A stretch of DNA of 62,483 nt from a virus (Duplodnaviria > Caudoviricetes): the IMG/VR virus record IMGVR_UViG_3300038832_000018, positions 1-62,483 of that record; one strand, written 5' to 3'. Shown in pieces: positions 16,876 through 27,200 of this stretch (within the stretch, counting starts at the first letter, position 1; every line of letters begins with the position of its first letter). The notes beneath the pieces were generated by a model. It was not told where the DNA came from and searched no databases. It worked only from the letters and a program-made list of their open reading frames with translations. The position numbers and the translations under genes were made by a program.

Positions 16876-17050
16876 GGACTTCAACTACATCGTTGCCTAC
16901 ATGGGGGGCACGGAGATGGAGGGGGTGACCGAGGGGTTCTTTCCGTGCAAAACCATGGATGACGTGGTCGATACCATGGACGATATCAAAGAATCGCACG
17001 GCTTCTGGAAGCTGGCCGTGTGTCAAATCATAGAAGAGTATGAAAGCTAA
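16856..17050 (+). CDS. Small acidic hypothetical protein
   Basis: ORF within the operon. Confidence 0.55.
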   Translation: MARNNPEDFNYIVAYMGGTEMEGVTEGFFPCKTMDDVVDTMDDIKESHGFWKLAVCQIIEEYES

Positions 17051-17414
17051 AATTAGATTCCACTTGGGGCGCGGCCCCAACTACCAGAGATGGCAAGTCA
17101 AGTATGATGATGCCGTCGAGTACTACGACCCCGAGGACGTGATCCTGGAGATGCATGATGCCAAGCTGTGTAACAACCGCAAGACTGCCGAGCGCATCTG
17201 CAACGGGGAAAACAAAACTGTGTGCGCATGGGTAGAGTGCGATGAGGTGGTCGTCCTCCCATCGAACCCTGACAGCGCACCGCAAGTGCGTGACTTCGCT
17301 CACTACAACCCGAAGCGCCGACCGTTTTGGCACAACACCGCCCGAGAAGACTTGGACAACACCGAGTACCCGAGGCTTGCAACCTATGGCAAACTCATAA
17401 TCATCCCGACATGA
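17040..17414 (+). CDS. Hypothetical phage protein
   Basis: 124 aa, coupled. Confidence 0.7.
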   Translation: MKAKIRFHLGRGPNYQRWQVKYDDAVEYYDPEDVILEMHDAKLCNNRKTAERICNGENKTVCAWVECDEVVVLPSNPDSAPQVRDFAHYNPKRRPFWHNTAREDLDNTEYPRLATYGKLIIIPT

Positions 17415-18049
17415 CCGAGAAACATACACCAGCACAGCGATTCCAGCTGGCGGCGGAGAGAATTGAGATAGAGAGGAAGCAACTGAGGGGCATGTCTACC
17501 ACCATGCGCATCAGAGGAGAGTCTTCGGAGTCTATCATGAAGGAGATTATGGAGATTGTCTGTAACGCCTACGCCGTGTCTAAAGAGGAGGTGTGCAGTC
17601 CAAACCGAGTGAAGGCGATTGCCCATGCTCGACATGCATACTGCTACCTCTGCACCAAGCTGGACCCCATGATCACCCTCAAAGAGGTTGGAGCGACCAT
17701 CAACAGAGACCACAGCACTGTCATCAACAGTATCAAAAAGACAGAGGATTTGCGTCTCACTGATTACCACTTCATGGCCTCGTTCAATGTGTGCCTCGAC
17801 AGTATCGCAGACAGCAACAGCAAGTACATGCGACGACTGGACGTAGGGGGGCACGGCCTGGAACAAGGCGGAGAAGACGCGGGAGAAAACGAACTTCACA
17901 AGTCGGTTCGTGCCCTCGGTATCGTGCATGACTTCATGCTTGCCTACTCGGCATACGACCTACGTAAAAGTGACGGTGACCCGTCGACTCACGACCTGTT
18001 GCTTGACCTTCAAGACATCAGATACAAAGCACTCAAACAAGGATTTTAA
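17411..18049 (+). CDS. Protein with DnaA domain IV-like HTH
   Basis: ARHAYCYLC...TLKEVGATINRDHSTVINSIKK resembles the DnaA C-terminal signature. Confidence 0.75.
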   Translation: MTEKHTPAQRFQLAAERIEIERKQLRGMSTTMRIRGESSESIMKEIMEIVCNAYAVSKEEVCSPNRVKAIAHARHAYCYLCTKLDPMITLKEVGATINRDHSTVINSIKKTEDLRLTDYHFMASFNVCLDSIADSNSKYMRRLDVGGHGLEQGGEDAGENELHKSVRALGIVHDFMLAYSAYDLRKSDGDPSTHDLLLDLQDIRYKALKQGF

Positions 18050-18060
18050 TTCACACCCCC

Positions 18061-18411
18061 ATGAAAAAGTGGAAAGCCTGGTCGGATGATGACCTCCGTA
18101 TTGTGCACAGCTCAATGCGCCTCATTTTGAAAACCTCAGGTGGCCGTGGCGTCAGCCTGAAGAACAGAATTCTGCAGGCAGTGGCGAAGGATGTAGACCG
18201 TAGCGTCGACGCCGTAGCCGCCAGAGTTCGGATCGAGCTAACAAAGCAAGGGCTGTTGCCTGCACCAAAACCTAGGTCCAAGTCCCATCCTAAGATGGTC
18301 ATGCAATACACCCCGCCCGAACCAACCCAAGCCAGTGTGGCCGCCGTCCCACTAAGAAAGCTGTACGGCAAAGTCGATTTTGAAACCTTTATGTCCCTCA
18401 TCAATGAGTAA
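18061..18411 (+). CDS. Hypothetical protein, possibly DNA-binding
   Basis: Basic 116-aa ORF. Confidence 0.6.
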   Translation: MKKWKAWSDDDLRIVHSSMRLILKTSGGRGVSLKNRILQAVAKDVDRSVDAVAARVRIELTKQGLLPAPKPRSKSHPKMVMQYTPPEPTQASVAAVPLRKLYGKVDFETFMSLINE

Positions 18412-19009
18412 CTACAAATTCAAGACCACGAACATCCGTGGCAAGCAGTACGTTGAAGTCAACGAACGCATCAAGTTCTTCCGTCAGGAGAAGCGCTACG
18501 AGAACTGGGCCATCAACACCGAGTTCCCTATGCTCACCACAGACGAGGCGTTGTGCCGCTGTACCATCACGGATCGTGACGGCATGGTCGTAGCTGTCGG
18601 TCACGCCCACGAGGTGAAGGCGGCCAGCAACATCAACAAGACCAGCTACGTCGAGAACTGCGAGACGTCAGCTGTGGGGCGCGCCCTTGCTATGCTGGGT
18701 ATTGGCATCGATGCGTCCATCGCATCGGCCAACGAGGTTGAGACCGCCATCGAGCAGCAGGAAGAGGAGAAGCCCGCCCCCAAGAAGCGGACGACCAAGA
18801 AGGCCCCTGCCAAGAAGGCTCCCGCTAAGAAGGCTGAGCCCAAGATTGAGGTGGCGCCCACCCAACCTGTCGATGACATCATGGACAAGGCGGTCAACTA
18901 CGTCAAGGGTGCGACTGACAAGCGCAAGTCGTATGACCAGATCATCGCCAAGTACGGCGACCAGCTGAGCGAGGCACAACAGGCAGGACTCTTCAAGTTT
19001 GTGCGATGA
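18404..19009 (+). CDS. Putative ssDNA annealing protein (Rad52-like)
   Basis: YVEVNERI and ENCETSAVGRAL motifs; adjacent to an exonuclease. Confidence 0.6.
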   Translation: MSNYKFKTTNIRGKQYVEVNERIKFFRQEKRYENWAINTEFPMLTTDEALCRCTITDRDGMVVAVGHAHEVKAASNINKTSYVENCETSAVGRALAMLGIGIDASIASANEVETAIEQQEEEKPAPKKRTTKKAPAKKAPAKKAEPKIEVAPTQPVDDIMDKAVNYVKGATDKRKSYDQIIAKYGDQLSEAQQAGLFKFVR

Positions 19010-19776
19010 GTATGCGAGACCAACTGCAAGAGAGGTACGGGAAACCGCACCTCTCTTACTCCTCCCTGAAGCAAGCCCTCGGGGACATGCGACAGTTCGA
19101 GATGTACATGCGAGGCGAACTGTACAAGACCTCCGATGCGTTGACCTTTGGCAGTCTATACGACTGCTTGCTGTTGACCCCGAGTGAAGCGCCCGATCAG
19201 TACGTCATCCTGCCTGATGAGGAGATGATGAAAGGCATCCAAGCCAAAAACGTTAAGGCCACCAAGGAGTACAAGAAGCGTGTGCAAGACTGGACAGACG
19301 CTATGGTTGATTCTGGCAAGACTGTCGTTACCGAGGAGGACTGGACTCGAGCGCGCGGTATGATAGACCGCCTTAGCGACGAAGGTCTACTGGACGAGGT
19401 GCTGTCTCTGGGTCAGGCTCAAGTTGAGTTCAATGAGGACATCGATGGTATCCCGCTCAAGGGGTTCATCGACTACTTGCACCCCGACTTTGTACTGGAC
19501 AGCAAGTCCACACGAAGTATGAGCAAGTTCCGCTACGATGTGAACAGCTTCTGCTACGATATCCAAGCCTATATCTACACGCTGGTCACTGGCAAGCGTG
19601 ACTTCTACTGGTTGGTGCAGGAGAAGACCGAGCCCTTCTACCCAGGACTGGTGAAGTGCTCAGAGAAGACCCTGTTCTCAGGAGAAATGAAGTTTAACGA
19701 AGCTGTAGAGAACATCCGCGAGTGGTTGTCTACAGACGCAAGTGAACAAAATGGCATCGCCAGATTCGAAGTTTGA
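19006..19776 (+). CDS. PD-(D/E)XK exonuclease (RecE/DUF3799-like)
   Basis: LSYSSLK, KGFID...DSKS and YDIQAYIY motifs. Confidence 0.75.
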   Translation: MSMRDQLQERYGKPHLSYSSLKQALGDMRQFEMYMRGELYKTSDALTFGSLYDCLLLTPSEAPDQYVILPDEEMMKGIQAKNVKATKEYKKRVQDWTDAMVDSGKTVVTEEDWTRARGMIDRLSDEGLLDEVLSLGQAQVEFNEDIDGIPLKGFIDYLHPDFVLDSKSTRSMSKFRYDVNSFCYDIQAYIYTLVTGKRDFYWLVQEKTEPFYPGLVKCSEKTLFSGEMKFNEAVENIREWLSTDASEQNGIARFEV

Positions 19777-19842
19777 CTGGGACTTTGACTTGGTCTATGC
19801 CATAGTCTTGTATATATTTATTCTCGCACAAATCATTTTAGC

Positions 19843-20136
19843 ATGAGTGAAGAAAAGAAGTACGACAGCATTCTTGTCGGCTGGGTCGACGACCCGAACT
19901 ACACGGAGGACGGGCAGTTGATGAACTGGCGCGTCAAACTGAAAGAGCACGAGTTGCAAGACATGCTCGACAAGTACCTCACCGCCAAAACTGAGCGTGG
20001 TGGAGGCAACGTTTACCTGACGCTGTTCGTCAGCAAGAGTGGGCGGTCGTGCTGCAGGGTCTACGATCCTAATAGCGAAGGAGCAAAGAAAGCACGAACA
20101 GAGAAGGCCAACGTGGCCGATGACCTCCCGTTCTAA
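19843..20136 (+). CDS. Putative ssDNA-binding protein
   Basis: C-terminal DDLPF; gene context. Confidence 0.55.
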   Translation: MSEEKKYDSILVGWVDDPNYTEDGQLMNWRVKLKEHELQDMLDKYLTAKTERGGGNVYLTLFVSKSGRSCCRVYDPNSEGAKKARTEKANVADDLPF

Positions 20137-20404
20137 GAAAATACTGTACCACACCATTAAGGTGAGTTACCTGAGGCACAAACGCGAAGTGTTCTCAGAA
20201 GAGTGGGCAGTGACTCGCCAGCGTAATCCTGAGGACATCATGATGTATGATGACCACACGATGCAACGCTTGCGCAGAAAGTTCTATGGGAACCGCAAGG
20301 TCAAGAACAAGAAGGTCACGATCCACGAAATACTCGACACGGTGGTGCTCGGTAGAGAAAACAACAGGGATGACAAGAGAGGACCAGATAGTAGCGGCCT
20401 GTAA
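20120..20404 (+). CDS. Hypothetical protein
   Basis: ATG at 20120, overlaps neighbours. Confidence 0.5.
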   Translation: MTSRSKKILYHTIKVSYLRHKREVFSEEWAVTRQRNPEDIMMYDDHTMQRLRRKFYGNRKVKNKKVTIHEILDTVVLGRENNRDDKRGPDSSGL

Positions 20405-20729
20405 CAGAGTCAGGGAGTTGCTTCTTGAGAAGAACCATGCTTATGGAGATAGCGCGTTGTCTCCGCTAAACATTTTTTCTCAGGCCAGTGCCGAGTATGG
20501 GATACGACAGCGTATCGACGACAAGCTGAAGCGCATTAAGAATGCTGGCTTGAACGACGCTACGGAGGACACCCTACTCGACCTGGCTGGTTATCTCATC
20601 CTGCTTATCATTGCGCGCGATGAAGGCCACGATATTCAAAACCATATACGCCAAAAACGAGCCTCATCAGATATCAATCACCCGAGCACTACAGCGGATT
20701 CGCGATGGGGCATCACGTACGACGGTTGA
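20370..20729 (+). CDS. DUF1599-like nucleotide-modification-associated protein
   Basis: KNHAYGDS, RIDDKLKRI and DTLLDLAGY motifs. Confidence 0.7.
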   Translation: MTREDQIVAACNRVRELLLEKNHAYGDSALSPLNIFSQASAEYGIRQRIDDKLKRIKNAGLNDATEDTLLDLAGYLILLIIARDEGHDIQNHIRQKRASSDINHPSTTADSRWGITYDG

Positions 20730-22506
20730 GTCTGTACGATCGGGAAACAAAGAGGACAAACTGCAACTCCCTGCTGTTCTTTTCAGTGGGGAGTTCTCGT
20801 CTAGACACGATGATGACATCCACGAGCACAGTGGGTTCATCGTCTTAGACTTCGATCACGTCGAAGTAGAAAGCACTAAGAGAGCGCTGGCCACAGACGC
20901 TTTCATCTACAGCTGTTGGGTCTCCCCTTCAGGGACTGGCATTAAGGCGCTAGTCAAAATCGTCAGCCCTGAGCGGCATCGCGATCACTTCCGCGCACTC
21001 GTTCGATACTTCGATGAGCGCTACGGATTGAGTCTCGATGAGAGCGGCATCAATGAAAGCCGCGCGTGCTTCGAGTCGTACGACCCAGACATAATCATCA
21101 AGCAGAGCTATGAAAGCTTTGCGATGCTGTTGAGCGAGGAGTCTGCCACGGCAGAACCCGAGGGACCAACACAAACCCTTACCGACTATACCAAGCTAAA
21201 CATAGCTGCCCGCATGGTGCGCTCTGCACCCGATGGGGAGAAGCACAACACACTGATCAAGGCCGCCACGCTGTGCGGTGGGTATGTGGCGGCAGGCCGC
21301 ATGGAGGAAGATGAAGTCGTTCGCATCTTGTCTCGAGAGATACAGAAGCGCGACATCGACAACCTTGATGCGGCCATCTCTGACATCAAACAGGGGATTG
21401 AGCATGGCAAGACTCGACCGATACGCGACGTAGTCCAGGAGGAAGAGGAGGCTATCCGCCGCATGCAGATTGAGGACGGAGACTTCTCTTTTCTCAGCGA
21501 GGACGACAGTGACTTTGCGTGGATTCAGGCATACAGTGAAGGCAGGATCCCGCACGGGCTGGACACGGGGAGTGAGGAGCTGGACAAGTACTTTAGGTAC
21601 AAGAAGGAGTTGGTCATCCTAAACGGACACAGCAACGTCGGTAAGACTACCGTAGCCTTGTACATGATCGCAAACAGCACAGTGCGGCATGGCTGGAAGT
21701 GGCTTATCTACAGCGCAGAGAACAAGACCAGCAGCATCAAGATGCAGCTGATGCAGATGTACTTAGACAAGCGCGCAGGCAGCATGTCGTATGCAGAGCG
21801 CAAGGCTTCGTACAAGTGGGTGCAGGACAACTTCTATATCATCAACAACGACAAAGTGTACAGCTACTTGGACATCATGTTGTTCATGGAGAAGGTTAAG
21901 CACCAGTATCACATCGACGCAGTCTTCGTGGACCCCTACAACTCTTTGCGTTTAGACTTGCGCAGATCGGAGATGCAGAACACGCATGACTACCACTACG
22001 AAGCAGCGACTGCCTTCCTTACGTTCAGCAACACCCACGATACGGCAGTGTGGTTGAACATGCACGCTGTGACGGAGGCTCAACGACAGAAGGGGGCCGA
22101 TGGCTTGCCCCGCGCCCCGTACGCTGAGGACACCGAGGGTGGTGGAAAGTTTGTGAACAGGGCCGACTGCTTCCTCACCATACACCGTAAGGTTCAGGCG
22201 CCAGACCCACACACCCGCATGATGTCAGAGATACACGTCCGCAAGGTTCGTGAAACCGAGACGGGCGGGCGCCCCACCCCTGTCGATGAGCCGTTCAAAC
22301 TGATAATGAATACCAGCCACACGGGGTTTATCGAGTGGGGTAATCAAAAGAAAATGCTTCAGGCATACTCAGTAGACACGGGCAAGCAGGTTGAGATGCC
22401 TCTCGATAGTATGCGCTTTGAAATCGGGCCCAACGAAAATTTTATACGTACCTTACCTACCGATGAAGAAGCGGAAGGCGGGGACAAGGCCCAGCAGGAA
22501 ACGTAA
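20620..22506 (+). CDS. Primase-helicase (BT4734/VirE-N-like primase plus DnaB-like helicase)
   Basis: VLDFDH, SPSGTGIK and RACFESYD; Walker A GHSNVGKT; FVDPYN. Confidence 0.85.
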   Translation: MKATIFKTIYAKNEPHQISITRALQRIRDGASRTTVESVRSGNKEDKLQLPAVLFSGEFSSRHDDDIHEHSGFIVLDFDHVEVESTKRALATDAFIYSCWVSPSGTGIKALVKIVSPERHRDHFRALVRYFDERYGLSLDESGINESRACFESYDPDIIIKQSYESFAMLLSEESATAEPEGPTQTLTDYTKLNIAARMVRSAPDGEKHNTLIKAATLCGGYVAAGRMEEDEVVRILSREIQKRDIDNLDAAISDIKQGIEHGKTRPIRDVVQEEEEAIRRMQIEDGDFSFLSEDDSDFAWIQAYSEGRIPHGLDTGSEELDKYFRYKKELVILNGHSNVGKTTVALYMIANSTVRHGWKWLIYSAENKTSSIKMQLMQMYLDKRAGSMSYAERKASYKWVQDNFYIINNDKVYSYLDIMLFMEKVKHQYHIDAVFVDPYNSLRLDLRRSEMQNTHDYHYEAATAFLTFSNTHDTAVWLNMHAVTEAQRQKGADGLPRAPYAEDTEGGGKFVNRADCFLTIHRKVQAPDPHTRMMSEIHVRKVRETETGGRPTPVDEPFKLIMNTSHTGFIEWGNQKKMLQAYSVDTGKQVEMPLDSMRFEIGPNENFIRTLPTDEEAEGGDKAQQET

Positions 22507-22906
22507 CCTGGGCAAGTTCAAGAGTGCGATCGAGAAGTATTGCAATGATTCATTGCGGGCTGCAGGTCTTGACTTCTATTACGAACAGAAAGAGTTTGAG
22601 CTGATGCCGTCGTTCAGATACCCGCAGCGGTACCTGAAGATGACAGCCAAGAAGAAGGTCCTAAGCGACAGGAGTAATTCTGTTCAACTCCCTATCCGCT
22701 ACACCCCAGACTTTGTGGCGAAGGACGGGAGCTGGATTATAGAGACGAAGGGCTACCTCCCATCGCATCACGACTTTCCGATGCGCTGGAAACTTTTCCT
22801 CAAGCACCTCGTTGACAACAACCTTGACTGTGCTGTTTACATAGCCAAGAATAAGCAGCAAATTGATGAGGTGATCAAGGACATACAGACCCATGGAGAG
22901 GGCTGA
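22463..22906 (+). CDS. Endonuclease I-like PD-(D/E)XK nuclease
   Basis: YTPDF...IIETKG. Confidence 0.75.
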   Translation: MKKRKAGTRPSRKRNLGKFKSAIEKYCNDSLRAAGLDFYYEQKEFELMPSFRYPQRYLKMTAKKKVLSDRSNSVQLPIRYTPDFVAKDGSWIIETKGYLPSHHDFPMRWKLFLKHLVDNNLDCAVYIAKNKQQIDEVIKDIQTHGEG

Positions 22907-23102
22907 GCTGAGTAAGATTTACGGGGGGGCTTGCAACAGAATGCATGAGGCGGTGACGCATCTATACGAGGCTCTGCATGATTACCAGGGAGACCCACAC
23001 ATTGATGTGGGGTATGTTGTAGATCGAGTATCGGAGTACCGACGATGGCTGCTGATCGAGGCAGACATGATACGCGAAGCCGTCAAAGAGTTCCATGAGT
23101 AG
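22893..23102 (+). CDS. Hypothetical protein
   Basis: Coupled ORF. Confidence 0.6.
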   Translation: MERAELSKIYGGACNRMHEAVTHLYEALHDYQGDPHIDVGYVVDRVSEYRRWLLIEADMIREAVKEFHE

Positions 23103-23610
23103 CCCCGTTTCCATAAGCAAGCGGATGCGCTCTTGGAAAGCAGGCAGCATGGCTGAGCTGCGATACCAGCGTTGCTACCCGAAGGCCCGAAAGTCAAGTC
23201 GGGCAGAAGATATTTTTATGCATGTCGACTTTTGGCATGGCGATGTGGGCGTCGACGTCAAGGGCAACAACTTGCCCGACGAAATCTGGGTCGAGTTCAA
23301 GAACGTAAGGGGCGAGCCTGGCTGGGTCTTTGGTGAGGCCACCTACATTGCGTTCGACATCCCTGAACTACACGGATTTGTTCTGGTGGAGAGGCAGGAG
23401 TTGCAGAACTACTGTCGTCAGAACGTAGACTTCAGTGGTCTGGTCGCCAAGCAGGACGCATACAAGAAGTGCTATCAGAGAAAGGATCGTGAGGACCTGA
23501 TCACGAAGCTAATACTACAAGACCTGCAGGAGTTAAACAGCTTCACAATCACAGAGTATTGTGCTACATATTTTCACCCTGAGAGCGGGGAGATTTGTTA
23601 TGTATCTTAG
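23095..23610 (+). CDS. Putative PD-(D/E)XK nuclease
   Basis: HVDF...VDVKG...IWVEF. Confidence 0.55.
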   Translation: MSSPVSISKRMRSWKAGSMAELRYQRCYPKARKSSRAEDIFMHVDFWHGDVGVDVKGNNLPDEIWVEFKNVRGEPGWVFGEATYIAFDIPELHGFVLVERQELQNYCRQNVDFSGLVAKQDAYKKCYQRKDREDLITKLILQDLQELNSFTITEYCATYFHPESGEICYVS

Positions 23611-23662
23611 AGTCTCTCCCTAAGGGGTTAGGGGGGTGGGTGTTTATAACACCTTGTTGAGA

Positions 23663-23693
23663 AAAAGAGGGGGCGCAACGGCGTCCCCTCTTT
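23663..23693. terminator. Bidirectional terminator-like hairpin
   Basis: aaagagggggcgcaacggcgtcccctcttt. Confidence 0.7.
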
Positions 23694-23737
23694 ATATTTG
23701 TGTGAGTCACAGAAGCATCGTGATGATTTTGGTTTTT

Positions 23738-23770
23738 GGGAGGGGGCGCAACGGCGTCCCTTCTTTTTTT
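23738..23770 (+). terminator. Rho-independent terminator, duplicate of the preceding hairpin
   Basis: gggagggggcgcaacggcgtcccttc followed by a T-tract. Confidence 0.75.
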
Positions 23771-23773
23771 ACC

Positions 23774-24223
23774 TCACTTCTTAGCCTTCTCGATGGTACG
23801 TCCAGCGAAGTACGCACCGAAGGCTGTCAGCATAAGGATCTGCAGTAGATCCACATAGCTGTCCTTGACATTGAAGGCCCAGTTGTCCATGCTGTCTGCC
23901 ACCATCGTCACCATAAACATCGTCATCAGTGAGATGAGGGTGACGGGGCGGATCAGCTTGGCCAGCTTTACGTCGCTCCCCATGTCTGCTTTCCAGCGCT
24001 CGGTCACTTGCTTTTGTGCTTCTACCTCTTGTTGCTGCTTGAGTTTTTCAAACTCCAGCTTGTCCTCTACAGACACATTCGGATCCTTGTCTACCAGGTT
24101 CTTTACCATCCCCAGCACGCCTTGGTCTGGCAACGCATCGCCGACTACATCGAGGACAGACGGGACCTTTTCTCTCAGCCACTGGCCGAGCTTCGTGTCT
24201 TTTACTTTCTTGTCTTTGCTCAT
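23774..24223 (-). CDS. Putative holin (GTA 3TM-holin-like)
   Basis: RWKADM.SD..LAKLIRP motif, hydrophobic helices, AYFAGRTIEK. Confidence 0.7.
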   Translation of the reverse strand: MSKDKKVKDTKLGQWLREKVPSVLDVVGDALPDQGVLGMVKNLVDKDPNVSVEDKLEFEKLKQQQEVEAQKQVTERWKADMGSDVKLAKLIRPVTLISLMTMFMVTMVADSMDNWAFNVKDSYVDLLQILMLTAFGAYFAGRTIEKAKK

Positions 24224-27200
24224 TTGTCATATTTTTTTCCTGGCAGCATGTCGTACGAGATGTTCAACACCAGAGCCATGTTTGCCATCAGTAGTACCTC
24301 TGCGTCCTCAATCTCTTTCTGACGCAGGGCGTATGCCTTGAGTTCTTCATCGCTGGATAGGAACGTCACGGGGTTCTCTCTCTGTTCGTCCATAGCCATG
24401 GAGCGCAGGTTCCACAAGGCGAATGCGCTTCGATCGACCTTCTCCATCAGCTTCAGGGCGCCAGAGGGAGCAGCGTAACGGAAGTCCATGGGACCCTGCA
24501 GGTCATCTGGCAACGGGTTATCTAGCTGTCGCATCAACTCTTGAGGGTCGCGCATTTCCTTCCCGACAGGCTTGATGCGCTGCTTGAGTTGGAAGTACTG
24601 CGACATCACGTCGTCCTTCATGCCGTCGCTGTAGAAGTCTCGGACAAATGGGAGGTCGTCGGCATCAAACAGGCGGTCAGCCCTCTGTCCATCGGGAAGC
24701 TGTCTGATAGCACGCCAATCCTTAATTGACTTTGTCGTTCTGTTGTACGTAGAGTACAGGCCACCCATGTAGTACTGAGCAAAGTAGTCGCCGAGGTTGG
24801 CAGGCAGGTCGGTCGTAACTCCGTTCTTCTGACCAGACAGATACTTCGATCCACCACCCAGACTTTCGTTCCAGTCTTGGAAGAACTGGTTCATGAGCTG
24901 AAAGTCAGATTCGTTGCTCATCACCCTCGCCTTGCCTTCTCTGTCGTAGAATACGTTGCCACCAAAAGAATTTTTGTTCGTGGCAAAGTCAACAAGGCCA
25001 CCTAAAGGACCGCTACCCAGGGGAATGTTAACGACTTTTGCAGCAAGCTGTTGGGCGATCATGCCTTCCTTGGCGGGGTCTTCCTGTCTCGCAGCACCTG
25101 ATATGGGGGTAAGGTTATGCTCCAAAGAAGACATAATGTAAAATCCAGCGTCTTCCTCTCGGCGAATCCCGCTCATCACCTCGCCAGCAGCTAGACCAAC
25201 GTCAAGGAACTGTCCGTATCCGTACGGCTTGGGTAGGGTGACGTACTCCTTAGTCCCTGGGATCATGAAGATCTGAAACTGCTTCTTCTCGTAGTCAGGG
25301 ATTTTGGAGTACTCCGATCGTCCTGTCATATCCACGGCAGATACAGCTTCGTTGAACATAGTCAGGGTCATACCCCATGTTGTGATGCCGCCGAGGACTG
25401 TAGCCATAGGGCCGTACCTTGCCGCGCCTTCGAGCGGGTCACCATCTGGCGTGTATCTTGGGCGTGGTGCAGACATTGTTCCTGCCGCCTGGTCGATACC
25501 CTGAGCAGTAGCATTGTAGAAGTACATGACCCCACCCAACTCTGCACCATAGTTGCCCCTGCGGTTGAAGTCTACTGTAACGTACTTAGCCAGAGCAGCA
25601 GCGCGTTCGATACTGACTCCCTGCCTGCGGGCGGCGACGTAAGACGCAAAGCGCGGTGCCTGCTCATAGACGTCGTTGATTGCTTCGATCCACTTTAGCG
25701 GCTCTTTCAGAATGGAGAGCTTGCTGGTAATAGAGTTTCTCTTCTTGGGGTCTGTCTCTCTACGCAGTTGGTCCATGACTGACCGAAGCTCATCGATGTG
25801 GGCATAGCCTGTCTTACCTTGCGCGTTGTACTCTGCTGCATACCTGGCCATCTCTGAATTGCCAGACTTGGCAATGAGCTTCTCGTCACCCATAGCCATG
25901 AACCTCAGAGCTTGTGGGTAAAGCTGCCCCATCTCTCTCACCAGCTGCCCAGAGTTTACTGGGGTGCCATCCTCTGCGTACAGGGCGTAGCCAAACTCCC
26001 GCGAAGACTGAGATAGGGCTTGCAACAGTGCTGTCTGTCCATCACGAGCAAACGCTTTCGGACCGAACTCAAGGCTAAAGTTGGTGTGGACCTTCTTGAG
26101 CTGGGCAGCTTGACGCATAAATCGATTGAACGCAGTGTACATACTATTAGCGTCCATGCCTGTGCCGCGCTTGAACTGACGGACAACGTCAGGATCCCTA
26201 AAGTATACTTTTTGCGGAACCCCATCGAAGTATGCGGTGAGAGTGTGCGTGTCTGGAAGGTTCTCGTCTGGACCGACGAGTCTATAGTATGGGTCCGTGA
26301 TGGATGGATCGACAGGGTATTGCCTGACAAACTCGACGACCGACTGGGTCAGGCGGTTGCGCTCAGACAACATGATAGAGTTGGCCTCCTGCATGACGGA
26401 CTTTCCAAGGATGTCTACAGTCTCCGCCGATCTACCCTCTGCTTCGAAGAAATACTTTCCGTTCACATCGATACCCTTGGGCGCGTTAAGGTATCCAGCA
26501 TCGTCACGCAACATCGGGTCATCTCCTGATCGAACCAGCATCTCATCGATAGACAATCCGTGCAGGCCGACGTAGTTCTCGAACGTGTTCATACTGGCAT
26601 CGTACTGTGCCTGACTGTAGATACCAGATGCAAGGTAGTTATCCCTAGTGCGCTGCTGCATAGCTCTAAAGGCAGGCAGGGCCTCATCAAACTTAGCCCT
26701 GACGTCATCGGGTAAGCCCTCAAGGAATGCCACTGCATCGTCGTTAGACATACCGCTGCCCTTGTTGGCTCGGATTCGATCTTCAGTAAGCATCAATATC
26801 TCTTTCTCCCTGGGGGTGAGGCTGCTTTTTGCCCGAAGCTCTTCTGCAACTTCCTGATTCTTTTGTCTGATGTTCAGGTTGCGCTCTTTAGCATGCAGCG
26901 CGTACAGGTATCGCCCGAACAGCCCAACGTTGTCTTTGACGTAGCCTTCTGGCAAAAGAGCACGGAGCTCGTCAGTCATCTTGACCTCGGAGAGTTTATC
27001 CAGCAACCCAGAATCCTTTCTGAGCTTGGCTGCATCCTTCAAGCGCTGAGCAGTACGTGGTTCAAACAGGCGCAACCGTACGTCGATATCGGCCTCCTCT
27101 ACCACACGTCTGCCTTCAACTCCGCCTGGCTGCTGTTTCTCAACTGCACGCTGCCATTTACGCAGAAGCTCGAAAGTGTCTACGAAATTCTCGTACATCG

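Noticed and set aside
24220-24240. Frameshift at an A7 run fusing the large protein to the holin
   Set aside because: The -1 frame hits TGA before the holin start
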